Below, in pieces: positions 10,346-20,462 of a stretch of 64,000 bases of DNA (position 1 is the stretch's first letter; each line of letters starts with the position of its first letter). The translations under genes and the position numbers were made by a program. The stretch is taken from assembly GCA_965140705.1 (NCBI GenBank), contig OZ223300.1, positions 1,056,001 through 1,120,000 of the forward strand, written 5' to 3'. Under the pieces are notes generated by a model. It did not search any database. It saw only the letters and a program-made list of their open reading frames with translations, and was not told where the DNA came from. This stretch comes from an uncultured Arcobacter sp. (GTDB taxonomy: Bacteria > Campylobacterota > Campylobacteria > Campylobacterales > Arcobacteraceae).

Positions 10346-10982
10346 TTAATTTCCTTTCTAAATATTTGCTATATCGTGTTAGGGGATAGCAAATTACAAA
10401 ATATAATATTGCAACCATTGTAAATACTTTAAATGGTTCAAATGTTGCATTATTTAACATAGTTCCTGCTTTTGTAAGCTCAACAAAACCAATAATAGAA
10501 GCTAATGCTGTTCCTTTTACAACTTGAACTGAAAACCCAATAGTAGGAGCTGTTGCTACTCTTATTGATTGGGGAATAATTACATGAATCATTGATTGAT
10601 AATAGTTTAGTCCCATAGTTTTACAAGCTTCCCATTGTCCTTTTGGAACAGAGTTTAAACAACCACTCCAAATCTCACATAAAAAAGCACTAGTAAAAAG
10701 TGTTAAAGCTAAACTAGCAGCCGTCCATGCACCTACATCAAGACCTATTAATGATAAACCAAAAAATGCCAAAAATAACTGCATAAGAAGAGGAGTTCCT
10801 TGAAAAACTTCCACATAAATTTTAATTAAACCTGATAAGAAAGGGTTGTTTGTCATACGGATTAATATAAGTAATCCAGCAACAACCCCACCTCCAATAA
10901 AGGCTATAAGTGACAATAAAACCGTCCATCTTGCAGCCAATAAAAGGTTTTGTAATATGTCTAAAGTTGTAAAATCGCTCAT
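10332..10982 (-). CDS. Polar amino acid-type ABC transporter permease
   Basis: GTPLLMQL, VPKGQWEA EAA loop. Confidence 0.92.
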   Translation of the reverse strand: MSDFTTLDILQNLLLAARWTVLLSLIAFIGGGVVAGLLILIRMTNNPFLSGLIKIYVEVFQGTPLLMQLFLAFFGLSLIGLDVGAWTAASLALTLFTSAFLCEIWSGCLNSVPKGQWEACKTMGLNYYQSMIHVIIPQSIRVATAPTIGFSVQVVKGTALASIIGFVELTKAGTMLNNATFEPFKVFTMVAILYFVICYPLTRYSKYLERKLNVSS

Positions 10983-10983
10983 A

Positions 10984-11664
10984 TTAATTCCCCTCTTTCA
11001 TTGCTTTCATTTTAAATAGTTTTTCACTAATTATTGTAAGTATATATCTTAGAATAATTGCAAGTAATAAATATATTGCAGTAATTAAAAAATATGATTC
11101 AAAACTCAAAAATGTACGTGATTGTATAAAATTGGCTGTAAAAGTTAATTCTTCAACAGAAATTTGAGATAAAACAGATGAACCTAACATCACAATTACG
11201 CATTGACTTATAAGTGCTGGAGATATTCTATTAAACGCTTGTGGCAAAATAATATGAATAAAAATTTGTGACCATTTTAAACCCATTGTTTTACCAGCTT
11301 CCCATTGCCCTTTATCAGTAGCTTCTATACCAGCTCTTATAATCTCAGTTGAATATGCCCCAAGATTTATAACCATTGCAATCATTCCAGCTTCTAATGC
11401 CGTTAGTTTAAATCCAATAGTTGGTAAACCAAAAAATATAAAAAATAGTTGTACTATAAAAGGTGTATTTCTTATAACTTCTACAAAAGCACCAACAAGA
11501 TTTTGTAAGAACATGTTATCCCCAACTCTTGATGCTGCTCCAAGAATACCAAAAGTAACACCTAAAATAGTTGTGAAGATAGTAATTTGTATAGTTAAAA
11601 GTAAACCAGATACTATCTCTTTATAATAAGGCATTAATCCTACAAAGTCTAATTGATAATCCAT
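10984..11664 (-). CDS. Polar amino acid-type ABC transporter permease
   Basis: RNTPFIVQL, GAYSTEIIRAGI. Confidence 0.92.
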   Translation of the reverse strand: MDYQLDFVGLMPYYKEIVSGLLLTIQITIFTTILGVTFGILGAASRVGDNMFLQNLVGAFVEVIRNTPFIVQLFFIFFGLPTIGFKLTALEAGMIAMVINLGAYSTEIIRAGIEATDKGQWEAGKTMGLKWSQIFIHIILPQAFNRISPALISQCVIVMLGSSVLSQISVEELTFTANFIQSRTFLSFESYFLITAIYLLLAIILRYILTIISEKLFKMKAMKEGN

Positions 11665-11678
11665 TATATACCTTATTT

Positions 11679-12458
11679 TTATAAGTCTTTTGGAAGACTA
11701 ATTTTTAACCATTTTTTAGAAGTTTCATTTAGTTTCCCATTTGATTTTAATTCTTTAATTAAATTATTTAAAAATGCTTTTAATTCAGGTTGGTTTTTTC
11801 TAATTCCTATATAACAAGGAGAATTTTTAATTGCAAATTTAGTCACGGGAGCTGTATTTGGATATTTTGAAGCAATATCACTGATGATAACATTCCCTGT
11901 TGCTATTAATTTAACTTGTCCAGAAACAAAAGCAGAGATTGTTGTACTATTATCTTCAAATCTTTTAATAGTAACAGATGAATCAACTAATTTGCTCAAT
12001 TCAATGTCTTCAACAGAACCTCTAGTTACACCTACTGTTTTACCCTTTAAATCAGCTACTGATGATACTTTTATATCTTTAGTCCCAAATACTCCTAAGA
12101 AAAAAGGTGCATAAGCATTTGTAAAATCAATCGCTTTTTCTCTTGCTGGATTTTTACCTAAACTTGAGATGATTAAGTCAGCTTTTCCTGTTTGTAAATA
12201 TGGAATTCTATTTGCACTAGTTACAGGTACTAATTTAAGTTTAACACCTAATTTTTCAGCAATGTATTTAGCCATATCTATATCATAACCTTGAACACTC
12301 ATATCCTTAGAGACTGAACCAAATGGTGGAAAATCTTGAGGAACAGCTACTTTAATTATCCCTTCTTCTTTTATATCTGCTAATTGATTTGCACTCAATA
12401 AACTTACACTTAATAGTGCTCCCATAGCAATTGCTTTTAATAGAACTTTCTTAAACAT
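11679..12458 (-). CDS. ABC transporter substrate-binding protein (family 3)
   Basis: PQDFPPFG, GYDID, NRIPYLQTGKAD; ATG at 12458 follows AAAGGA. Confidence 0.9.
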   Translation of the reverse strand: MFKKVLLKAIAMGALLSVSLLSANQLADIKEEGIIKVAVPQDFPPFGSVSKDMSVQGYDIDMAKYIAEKLGVKLKLVPVTSANRIPYLQTGKADLIISSLGKNPAREKAIDFTNAYAPFFLGVFGTKDIKVSSVADLKGKTVGVTRGSVEDIELSKLVDSSVTIKRFEDNSTTISAFVSGQVKLIATGNVIISDIASKYPNTAPVTKFAIKNSPCYIGIRKNQPELKAFLNNLIKELKSNGKLNETSKKWLKISLPKDL

Positions 12459-12479
12459 TTTTTTTCCTTTTAGAAATAT

Positions 12480-12681
12480 TGTTGACACTTTTAGATAAAT
12501 TTTTAAAAAATAAATTAATCTATGTGAATCATGTGAACAATTTTAGAAGTAAATGTTTACAATGTCAACATAAATACTGTATAAAAAATATACAGAATCT
12601 TTAAAATAGCTATATTAAACTTTAATTGTATATTTTTTATACAATTATTGTCTAAAATAATTGTAGACAATATTGTATAAT
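12480..12681. promoter_or_regulatory. Divergent promoter region with five TGT-N2-ACA boxes and two TGTATA-N5-TATACA dyads
   Basis: TGTTGACA 12480, TGTGAACA 12532, TGTTTACA 12554, TGTCAACA 12563, TGTAGACA 12662; dyads 12577-12595 and 12623-12647. Confidence 0.7.
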
Positions 12682-12705
12682 TGTTACATATATAAAGGAG
12701 CAGAT

Positions 12706-13401
12706 ATGAAAAATGAAACTATTGAACTTTCTATTGAAGAAACTATTATCAATTATATATTTGATGAAATATTTGATAAAAAGTTTCAACCAGGTATGAA
12801 GCTTCCAGAAAGTGCTTTTGCTCAAATATTTAATGTAAGCAGAGATTCTGTTAGAAAAGCCTTTAGTCAATTACAAAGTATGGGAATAGTTACATATAAA
12901 AAGAATCAAGGATTTTTTTTAAAATGGTTGACACAAGAAGATACAAAAGATGTTTATGCAGCAAGAAATATAATAGAAGTAGGAATTATTACAATAATAA
13001 CTCAGAAATATTCTTTGGGACAAATTGATTTATCATCACTTAAAAATGAAGTTGAAACAGAAAAATATCTAAAAACTACATTTAGAAATGGGGAATATGT
13101 AAAAACATCTTGTGACTTTCATCTTAACTTAGCCTTTCTAAGTGGAAATGAATTTTTAATCAATGCACTTACTCCTTTAATACCATTAAGTATTTTAGCA
13201 GGGCTTGTTTATGAAGATAGCACTTCTCACTTTTGTTCTTATGATGAACATAATAATTTAATCAAAGCAATTGAGTCAAATGATATAGAATATGCAAAAA
13301 GCATTATGAATCATCATTTACACCATTGTGTAGAGGCTTTAAATTTTGAAAAAACTAATAGACAAATAACACCTATAATTAATTTAAAAGTAAAATCATG
13401 A
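12706..13401 (+). CDS. GntR/FadR-family transcriptional regulator
   Basis: N-terminal wHTH (PGMKLPE...FNVSRDSVRKA), FCD-like C-terminus with DFH and EH; ATG 12706 after AAGGAG. Confidence 0.9.
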   Translation: MKNETIELSIEETIINYIFDEIFDKKFQPGMKLPESAFAQIFNVSRDSVRKAFSQLQSMGIVTYKKNQGFFLKWLTQEDTKDVYAARNIIEVGIITIITQKYSLGQIDLSSLKNEVETEKYLKTTFRNGEYVKTSCDFHLNLAFLSGNEFLINALTPLIPLSILAGLVYEDSTSHFCSYDEHNNLIKAIESNDIEYAKSIMNHHLHHCVEALNFEKTNRQITPIINLKVKS

Positions 13402-14315
13402 ATTATGAAGAACAATACCCAAGAGATATGGTAGGTTATGCAAATGAACCTATTAATCCCAAATGGCCAAATAAAGCAAAAATAGCTCTACAGTTTGTAC
13501 TTAATTATGAAGAAGGAGCCGAAAGTTCAATTTTACATGGTGATGATGCTTCAGAAGTTTTTTTATCAGAAATGAATAATCCCCAAGCTTTTATAGGACA
13601 AAGGCATAAATCAATTGAATCACTTTATGAGTATGGTTCAAGGGTTGGTGTATGGAGAATATTAAAACTATTTAAAGAGTTTGATATTCCAATTACAGTT
13701 TTTGCTGTAGCAATGGCAGTAGCAAGAAATCCAAAACTTGCAGAATATTTGACTTTGCATAATTATGATATTTGCTCACATGGATACAGATGGATAAATT
13801 ATCAAAATATTAGTAAAGAGTTAGAAAGAGACCATTTATACAAAAGTATAGAAATTTTAGAAAAAATGATAGGTACAAGACCTCTTGGTTGGTATACAGG
13901 GCGAGATAGTGAAAATACGAGACAGTTAATAGTTGAAGAGGGTGGTTTTTTATATGATAGTGATGCTTATAATGATGATTTACCTTATTTTGCAAATGAT
14001 GTACCAAAAGATATTGAGCACTTAATTATTCCATATACTATGGATAATAATGATATGAGATTTGTACCAAGTGGTTTTAATAATGGTGAGCAGTTTTTTA
14101 ATTATCTAAAGGATAGTTTTGATGTACTTTATTTAGAAGGTTCATATTCACCTAAAATGATGTCTATAGGAATGCATTGTCGGATTATAGGAAAACCTGG
14201 AAGAATAATGGCTATGAGAAGATTTTTAGAGTATGTAAGAAATTTTGATGATGTATGGTTTTGCACTAGATTAGATATAGCAAACCATTGGATTAATAAT
14301 TTTGGAAAAAAGTAA
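13398..14315 (+). CDS. puuE: Allantoinase PuuE (polysaccharide deacetylase fold)
   Basis: YPRDMVGY, QFVLNYEEGAE, ESLYEYGSRVGVWR, GWYTGR; adjacent to allantoicase. Confidence 0.92.
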   Translation: MNYEEQYPRDMVGYANEPINPKWPNKAKIALQFVLNYEEGAESSILHGDDASEVFLSEMNNPQAFIGQRHKSIESLYEYGSRVGVWRILKLFKEFDIPITVFAVAMAVARNPKLAEYLTLHNYDICSHGYRWINYQNISKELERDHLYKSIEILEKMIGTRPLGWYTGRDSENTRQLIVEEGGFLYDSDAYNDDLPYFANDVPKDIEHLIIPYTMDNNDMRFVPSGFNNGEQFFNYLKDSFDVLYLEGSYSPKMMSIGMHCRIIGKPGRIMAMRRFLEYVRNFDDVWFCTRLDIANHWINNFGKK

Positions 14316-14324
14316 AGGATTTTA

Positions 14325-15329
14325 ATGATTAATGTAACAAGTTTAGATTTAGGAACAAAAATTTTATATGTAAGTGATGAGTTTTTTGCAAAAGCAGAAG
14401 ACATGCTATTAGAAACACAAGCTGTATTTAAAGATGAATATGATGAAAATGGACATTGGATGGATGGTTGGGAAACTAGAAGACGAAGAGATAATCAAAA
14501 TGATTTTTGTATTATTAAGTTAGGAACAAGTTCTAAAATAAACTCTTTTGAAGTTGATACTGCTCATTTTAAAGGAAACTATCCCTTAGCTGTTTCAATT
14601 AAAGCTTGTTATGCAAAAGATATAAATGATGAGGACATAATAAATCACCCAGAAAATTTTGAGTGGAAAGAGTTACTTGTACAAAGTGATTTAACAGGTG
14701 ATACAAAACATGATTTTAAATCTTCTTGTCAAGATGAAGTTACCCATCTTAGAATGGATATTTATCCAGATGGTGGAATTGCAAGATTTAAAGCCTTTGG
14801 AACAATCTGTTTTGATGAAAAACTTTATGATGTGGATAATACAAATGTTATTTCTATGTTAAGTGGGGCAAGAGCAGTTACTGCAAATAATGAGTTTTTT
14901 GGTGCTTTAAAAAATATTCTAAAAGAAAAAGATGCTTTATATATGGGAGATGGTTGGGAGACTAGAAGAAGAAGAAAACCAGGTTTTGATTGGGGAATTA
15001 TAGAGTTATCAAGACCCGCAATTATTGATAATATAATGTTAGACACAAACTTTTTTAAAGGTAACTTTCCTGATTCTTTTTCTATTTGTAGTGCCTATAT
15101 AAAAGAGTCAACTGACAATTCAATAATAACACAGAGTATTTTTTGGGAAGAGTTAATACCAAGCCAAAAACTTGAAATGGACAATAAACACTATTATAAT
15201 AAAAGTTTTTTATTACACAATAAACCAATTACACATATAAGAATAAATATTTTTCCTGATGGAGGTATTTCACGGCTTAAACTTTTTGGTAAGTTTATAA
15301 AAGATGAAGAGTTGAAATATTTAGCATGA
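14325..15329 (+). CDS. alc: Allantoicase
   Basis: Two repeats each with DGWETRRRR, FKGN and PDGG. Confidence 0.95.
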   Translation: MINVTSLDLGTKILYVSDEFFAKAEDMLLETQAVFKDEYDENGHWMDGWETRRRRDNQNDFCIIKLGTSSKINSFEVDTAHFKGNYPLAVSIKACYAKDINDEDIINHPENFEWKELLVQSDLTGDTKHDFKSSCQDEVTHLRMDIYPDGGIARFKAFGTICFDEKLYDVDNTNVISMLSGARAVTANNEFFGALKNILKEKDALYMGDGWETRRRRKPGFDWGIIELSRPAIIDNIMLDTNFFKGNFPDSFSICSAYIKESTDNSIITQSIFWEELIPSQKLEMDNKHYYNKSFLLHNKPITHIRINIFPDGGISRLKLFGKFIKDEELKYLA

Positions 15330-15841
15330 GAAGAGTTATAAAAACAGAGGTTCTTACAAAGAAAGCTTTTAGAGAGTATGGAGAAGTGATTTCTACAGAA
15401 GATAGTGCTTCCAAAATCATAAATGATGGCTTTGCAAAAAAACATTATGAACTTTGTATTATAGATGCAAATGAAAAAAATGGGAAATCAACACTTCATA
15501 TATATGAAGCAAAAAAAAGAGAATTTCCTTTAAAAATTTCTATGTTAGAAAAACATCCATTTTTCTCACAAACTTTTATGCCAAGAAGTGTAAAACCATT
15601 TTTTGCTGTTGTTGCACTTGGAGAAGATGAACCTGATTTATCTACTTTAAAAGCATTTATGACAAATGGTAACCAAGGGGTTCATTATAATAGAGGGGTT
15701 TGGCATTTCCCTTTAATTAGCTTAGAAAATAATGAACAGTTTATTGTCATAGATAGAACTGATTGTGGTAAATATGAAAATAAAGTTGTAGAGTGCATTG
15801 AATTTGAAATTAAAGAGGAAATATATCTTTTAAATGAATAG
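15326..15841 (+). CDS. allA: Ureidoglycolate lyase
   Basis: LEKHPFFSQTFMP, QGVHYNRGVWHFP, FIVIDR. Confidence 0.92.
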   Translation: MRRVIKTEVLTKKAFREYGEVISTEDSASKIINDGFAKKHYELCIIDANEKNGKSTLHIYEAKKREFPLKISMLEKHPFFSQTFMPRSVKPFFAVVALGEDEPDLSTLKAFMTNGNQGVHYNRGVWHFPLISLENNEQFIVIDRTDCGKYENKVVECIEFEIKEEIYLLNE

Positions 15842-15851
15842 TTTTTATACA
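15835..15851. promoter_or_regulatory. Near-consensus dyad TGAATA-GTTTT-TATACA upstream of urease
   Basis: One mismatch to TGTATA-N5-TATACA; putative -10 TATACT at 15883. Confidence 0.55.
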
Positions 15852-15940
15852 AATAAAAAAAGATAAATCTAACTAATAAGGTTATACTTAACACAATAAA
15901 TTAAATTAGTAAAAAAAGAGATTTAAAAAAGGAGAACTAG

Positions 15941-16621
15941 ATGTTTCTAACAAATCGTGAACAAGAAAGATTGATGATTTATACAGCTTCAAAATTGGCA
16001 CTTGAACGTAAAGAAAAAGGTTTAAGACTAAATTATCCAGAAGCTGTTGCAATCTTGAGTTCATACATTCTTGAAGGTGCAAGGGAAGGTAAAACTGTAG
16101 CACAACTTATGGTTGATGCTACAAAAGTTTTAGGCGAAGAAGATGTTATGGATGGAATTGCTTCTATGATGCATATGGTTCAAATAGAAGCTACCTTTGA
16201 TGATGGTACAAAACTTGTCACTGTTCACAATCCTATTACTACAAGTAAAAAAGCAAAAATAGAGCCGGGTGAATATTTTGTAAATGAAGGTGAAATAACT
16301 CTAAATGAAAATAAAGAACTTACCACAATAGAAGTAGAAAACAAAGGTGATAGACCAGTACAAATTGGATCACACTATCACTTTTTTGAAGTTAATAAGG
16401 AACTCGCTTTTGATAGAGCACAAGCTTATGGCAAAAGACTTGATGTTCCAGCAGGAACTTCAGTGCGATTTGAGCCAGGTTCAATAAAAGAGATAAATTT
16501 AATAGAGTTTAGTGGAAAAAGATATATGAGTGGATTTAATGGTTTAGTTGAGGGATTTTTAGATGATGTTCCAACAAAAGAAAATGCCATGAAAAATTTA
16601 GAAAAGTTCCTAGGAGTATAA
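15941..16621 (+). CDS. ureA: Urease fused gamma/beta subunit (Helicobacter-type)
   Basis: LNYPEAVA...[17 protein letters not shown] fused to [15 protein letters not shown]. Confidence 0.97.
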   Translation: MFLTNREQERLMIYTASKLALERKEKGLRLNYPEAVAILSSYILEGAREGKTVAQLMVDATKVLGEEDVMDGIASMMHMVQIEATFDDGTKLVTVHNPITTSKKAKIEPGEYFVNEGEITLNENKELTTIEVENKGDRPVQIGSHYHFFEVNKELAFDRAQAYGKRLDVPAGTSVRFEPGSIKEINLIEFSGKRYMSGFNGLVEGFLDDVPTKENAMKNLEKFLGV

Positions 16622-16622
16622 G

Positions 16623-18326
16623 ATGAAAATATCAAAAGAAAAATATGCTTCAATGTATGGACCAACAACTGGTGATAGATTTAGACTTGCCGATACATCT
16701 TTAATAGCTAAGATAGAAAAAGATTATACAACTTATGGAGAAGAGAGTAAGTTTGGTGGTGGTAAAACAGTAAGAGATGGTATGGCACAAAGTCCAACGG
16801 CTGTTGATGTTGCTGATTTGATTATTACAAATGCTGTTATTATTGATTATACAGGTATTTATAAAGCTGATATTGGTATTAAAGATGGAGTAATATCTGC
16901 TATTGGAAAATCTGGAAATCCAAATCTTTGTGATGGTATTACAGAAGGTTTAGAAATAGGCGCAAATACAGAAATATTGTCTGCTGAGGGTAAAATCATA
17001 ACTGCTGGTGGTATAGATTCTCATATTCACTTTATAAGTCCTGGTCAAATTGATGTGGCATTAGCTAGTGGAGTTACTACTATGGTAGGTGGTGGAACTG
17101 GACCAAATACAGGAACAAATGCCACAACTTGTACCCCAGGTGAGTGGAATATAGGTAAGATGATACAAAGCGTAGATAACTTACCACTTAACTTTGGTTT
17201 TATGGGAAAAGGAAATAGTTCTTGTAAAGAGGCTTTAGAGGTTCAAATAAAAGCTGGAGCTATGGGATTAAAACTGCATGAGGATTGGGGAAGTACACCA
17301 AAAGCTATTGATACTTGTTTAAGTGTTGCTGATGAGTATGATGTACAAGTTGCTATTCATACAGATACTTTAAATGAATCGGGATTTGTTGATAATACAG
17401 TTGACTCTTTTAAAGATAGAACAATACATACCTTCCATAGTGAAGGAGCAGGTGGTGGACATGCACCTGATATTATGAAAGTGGCTGGACTAGCAAATAT
17501 ATTACCATCAAGTACTAATCCCACTTTGCCGTATACAAAAAACACTATTGAAGAACATCTGGATATGCTCATGGTATGTCACCATTTAAGTCCAAAAATT
17601 CCTGAAGATGTAAGTTTTGCAGAGAGCAGAATTAGAGGTAAGACAATTGCAGCTGAAGATGTGTTACATGACTTGGGAGCTATTAGTATCACTAGTAGCG
17701 ATTCACAAGCTATGGGAAGAGTAGGGGAAGTACTTACAAGAACTTGGCAAGTGGCAGACTCTATGAAAAAACAAAGAGGTGCTTTATATGGAGATGATGA
17801 ATTAAGTGATAATAATAGAATCAAAAGATATATCGCAAAATATACTATAAATCCAGCAATCGCTTGTGGAATAGATGAGTATGTGGGAAGTGTAGAAGTT
17901 GGTAAGATGGCTGACCTAGTTTTATGGAATAGAGCATTTTTTGGAGTAAAACCTGAGATTATTATTAAAGGTGGATTTATAGCACTTAGTATGATGGGTG
18001 ATTCAAATGCTTCAATTCCAACACCTGAACCAAATATGTATAGACCTATGTTTGGAAGTTTAGGCAAAGCCCCAGCAAAAACAAGTGCAATCTTTACTTC
18101 AAATATAGCAATTGAAGAAGGTATAAAAGAGAAACTTGAAATCGATAAAGCTGTACTTGCTGTTAAAAATACAAGAAATATAGGTAAAAAAGATATGAAG
18201 TTAAATGATTTTATTGGGGATATTGAAGTTAATCCTGAAACTTATGATGTAACAGTAAATGGTGAGATAATAGAGTCAAACTATGTGTCAGTAGTACCAA
18301 TGGCAAAAAAATATTTTATGTTCTAG
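16623..18326 (+). CDS. ureC: Urease alpha (catalytic) subunit
   Basis: [44 protein letters not shown]. Confidence 0.98.
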   Translation: MKISKEKYASMYGPTTGDRFRLADTSLIAKIEKDYTTYGEESKFGGGKTVRDGMAQSPTAVDVADLIITNAVIIDYTGIYKADIGIKDGVISAIGKSGNPNLCDGITEGLEIGANTEILSAEGKIITAGGIDSHIHFISPGQIDVALASGVTTMVGGGTGPNTGTNATTCTPGEWNIGKMIQSVDNLPLNFGFMGKGNSSCKEALEVQIKAGAMGLKLHEDWGSTPKAIDTCLSVADEYDVQVAIHTDTLNESGFVDNTVDSFKDRTIHTFHSEGAGGGHAPDIMKVAGLANILPSSTNPTLPYTKNTIEEHLDMLMVCHHLSPKIPEDVSFAESRIRGKTIAAEDVLHDLGAISITSSDSQAMGRVGEVLTRTWQVADSMKKQRGALYGDDELSDNNRIKRYIAKYTINPAIACGIDEYVGSVEVGKMADLVLWNRAFFGVKPEIIIKGGFIALSMMGDSNASIPTPEPNMYRPMFGSLGKAPAKTSAIFTSNIAIEEGIKEKLEIDKAVLAVKNTRNIGKKDMKLNDFIGDIEVNPETYDVTVNGEIIESNYVSVVPMAKKYFMF

Positions 18327-18335
18327 GAGGATAGT

Positions 18336-18782
18336 TTGTCAAATTGTATGATAAAAAAAGTTGTGGAGATAAGTAAGGAGATTGAAGCAAATGATGAGGT
18401 TGAGCTATCTTGGTTTGATATGCAAAAACCTAATTTAACGGCAGTAAGTAAAAGTGGAGTAAATTTTGTAGTAAAGGCAAAGTTTACTCATCTACATGAG
18501 AATGATGTTTTAAAATGTGAAGATGGCTATACTATACAAGTAAAAAGAAGTGCCGATGAGATTTTTATTTTAGAGTTTTCAGATGCTTTAGTTTTTGCAA
18601 AAACTGCATATGAAATAGGAAATAGACACCAGCCTGTGATGATTGAAGAGTTTAAAATAACTGTTTTAGATGATATTTCATTAGGAGATATTATACAAGA
18701 GTGTTATAAAAATGATGATATAAATGTGGAAAAAACAAAAGGGTATTTTAAACCAAATGGTAAAGCACACCACTCACACTAA
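18336..18782 (+). CDS. ureE: Urease accessory protein UreE
   Basis: AYEIGNRH motif, His-containing C-terminus; TTG start after GGAGG. Confidence 0.9.
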   Translation: MSNCMIKKVVEISKEIEANDEVELSWFDMQKPNLTAVSKSGVNFVVKAKFTHLHENDVLKCEDGYTIQVKRSADEIFILEFSDALVFAKTAYEIGNRHQPVMIEEFKITVLDDISLGDIIQECYKNDDINVEKTKGYFKPNGKAHHSH

Positions 18783-19455
18783 TCTCAAATCACTAAGTAG
18801 ATTTTTACAAATACTTGATGGAACTTTTCCCTCAGGTATGTTTGTTCACTCTTTTGGTTTAGAACCTCATATTGTAAAAGGGGTAGTTTATGATGAAAAG
18901 AGTTTAAAAATTTATTTAAAAAATCTAATCATAGATCAATACTCAAAGATGGAGTTTGTGTATATTAAAAAAGTATATGAAGCTTTAGAAAATGATAGAT
19001 TGAATTTAATAAAAAAACTTGATAATGAGTATGGAGCATATTTAACATATGAGTATGCAAAAGCTTCTAAAGATATAGGTGAAAACTATTTTGCCCAAAT
19101 AAAAAGTTTGCCCACAAAAGATATAGTAAAAAAATATTTTAAAAATATAGAAAATAAAACTTGTGAAGCAAATGAAATAGTAGTTTTAAGTGCATTAGCT
19201 TATGATTTGGATATTTGTATGGAAGATTTTATTGTTATGTGGACTAAAAAAAACCTTATAAATATAGCAGCAACAACGCTTAAAATATCAAGGATAAAAC
19301 CTTCTCAAATACAAAAAATGTTGTTTGAGTTTGATGAAATTTTAGAAAGTATTGTTTTTGAAAAGATTGATGAAAAGATTACAAACTATAATCCTCTTTT
19401 TGAAGAGATAATATTTTCCCATAAAAATTTAGAACCTAAGTTATTCGTTACATAA
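18757..19455 (+). CDS. ureF: Urease accessory protein UreF
   Basis: LQILDGTFPSGMFVHSFGLE, C-terminal H...KLFVT; start uncertain. Confidence 0.88.
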   Translation: MVKHTTHTNLKSLSRFLQILDGTFPSGMFVHSFGLEPHIVKGVVYDEKSLKIYLKNLIIDQYSKMEFVYIKKVYEALENDRLNLIKKLDNEYGAYLTYEYAKASKDIGENYFAQIKSLPTKDIVKKYFKNIENKTCEANEIVVLSALAYDLDICMEDFIVMWTKKNLINIAATTLKISRIKPSQIQKMLFEFDEILESIVFEKIDEKITNYNPLFEEIIFSHKNLEPKLFVT

Positions 19456-19464
19456 AGGAAAAAA

Positions 19465-20052
19465 ATGAGTTTAAAAATAGGAATTGCAGGACCAGTAGGA
19501 AGTGGTAAGACTTCTTTAATTGAGAGTTTAACAAATATGTTAAAAGATAAATATTCACTTGCAATTGTGACAAATGACATATATACAACAGAAGATGCAA
19601 ATTATCTTAAAAAAACACTTGATTTAGATGAAAATAGAATCACTGGTGTTGAAACTGGTGGTTGCCCTCACACAGCTATTAGAGATGATATATCTATGAA
19701 TCAAAAAGCAGTAGTAGAACTTGAAGAGAAGTTTAGTCCTGATATTACTTTTGTAGAAAGTGGTGGGGATAATTTAAGTGCTACTTTTTCTTATGAATTG
19801 ATTGATTATTATATGTATGTAATAGATGTAGCACAAGGGGCTGATATTCCTCGTAAAAAAGGTGCAGGACTTCTTTTTTCTGATTTACTTGTTGTAAATA
19901 AAACTGACTTAGCACCATATGTTGGAGTTGATTTAATCTCTATGAAAAGTGATGTTGAAAATAATAGAAAAAATAAACCCTCTGTTTTTATTTCAAATAA
20001 AGATGAAGAGAGTTTAAATCAAGTTATTTCTTGGATAGAGGCTTTATTATAA
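19465..20052 (+). CDS. ureG: Urease accessory GTPase UreG
   Basis: GPVGSGKT, ETGGCPHTAIRDD, ESGGDNL, NKTD. Confidence 0.97.
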   Translation: MSLKIGIAGPVGSGKTSLIESLTNMLKDKYSLAIVTNDIYTTEDANYLKKTLDLDENRITGVETGGCPHTAIRDDISMNQKAVVELEEKFSPDITFVESGGDNLSATFSYELIDYYMYVIDVAQGADIPRKKGAGLLFSDLLVVNKTDLAPYVGVDLISMKSDVENNRKNKPSVFISNKDEESLNQVISWIEALL

Positions 20053-20084
20053 AAGTAAATAAAGATATTTCTTTATTTACTTTT
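20051..20084. terminator. Bidirectional terminator ureG/exbD
   Basis: 15-bp inverted repeat AAAAGTAAATAAAGA/TCTTTATTTACTTTT. Confidence 0.7.
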
Positions 20085-20462
20085 TGTATCAGTTAATAGT
20101 GAGATATTAAATAGCTCATGTTTTTGAAGTAAATCTAAAATCTCAACCACTCTTTCATATTTTACTTCTTTGTCTATTCTAAAGATAATATTTCTTTTTT
20201 TATCTTTTATTTTACTTATCTCTTCTTCAAGGTTATATATTGAAACTTCTTTTCCGTAAATTGCAAGTTTACTTTTATCAAGTTCTATGATGACTTCTTT
20301 TTGTTTTAGTTCTATCTCTTTTGCACTTGAAGTTGGAAGATTTAAAACCAAGGCTAATTCATCTTTTTTAAAAACAGAAGATACAATGAAAAATATTAAA
20401 AGAATAAAAACAACATCAATAAGAGGCGTAATATCAGGAGTTAAAATCTCTCTTTTTTTCAT
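20073..20462 (-). CDS. exbD: Biopolymer transport protein ExbD
   Basis: ITPLIDVVFILLIFF. Confidence 0.92.
   Translation of the reverse strand: MKKREILTPDITPLIDVVFILLIFFIVSSVFKKDELALVLNLPTSSAKEIELKQKEVIIELDKSKLAIYGKEVSIYNLEEEISKIKDKKRNIIFRIDKEVKYERVVEILDLLQKHELFNISLLTDTKSK

Noticed and set aside
15941..16621. Fused urease gamma-beta subunit
   Set aside because: Known Helicobacter-type architecture.
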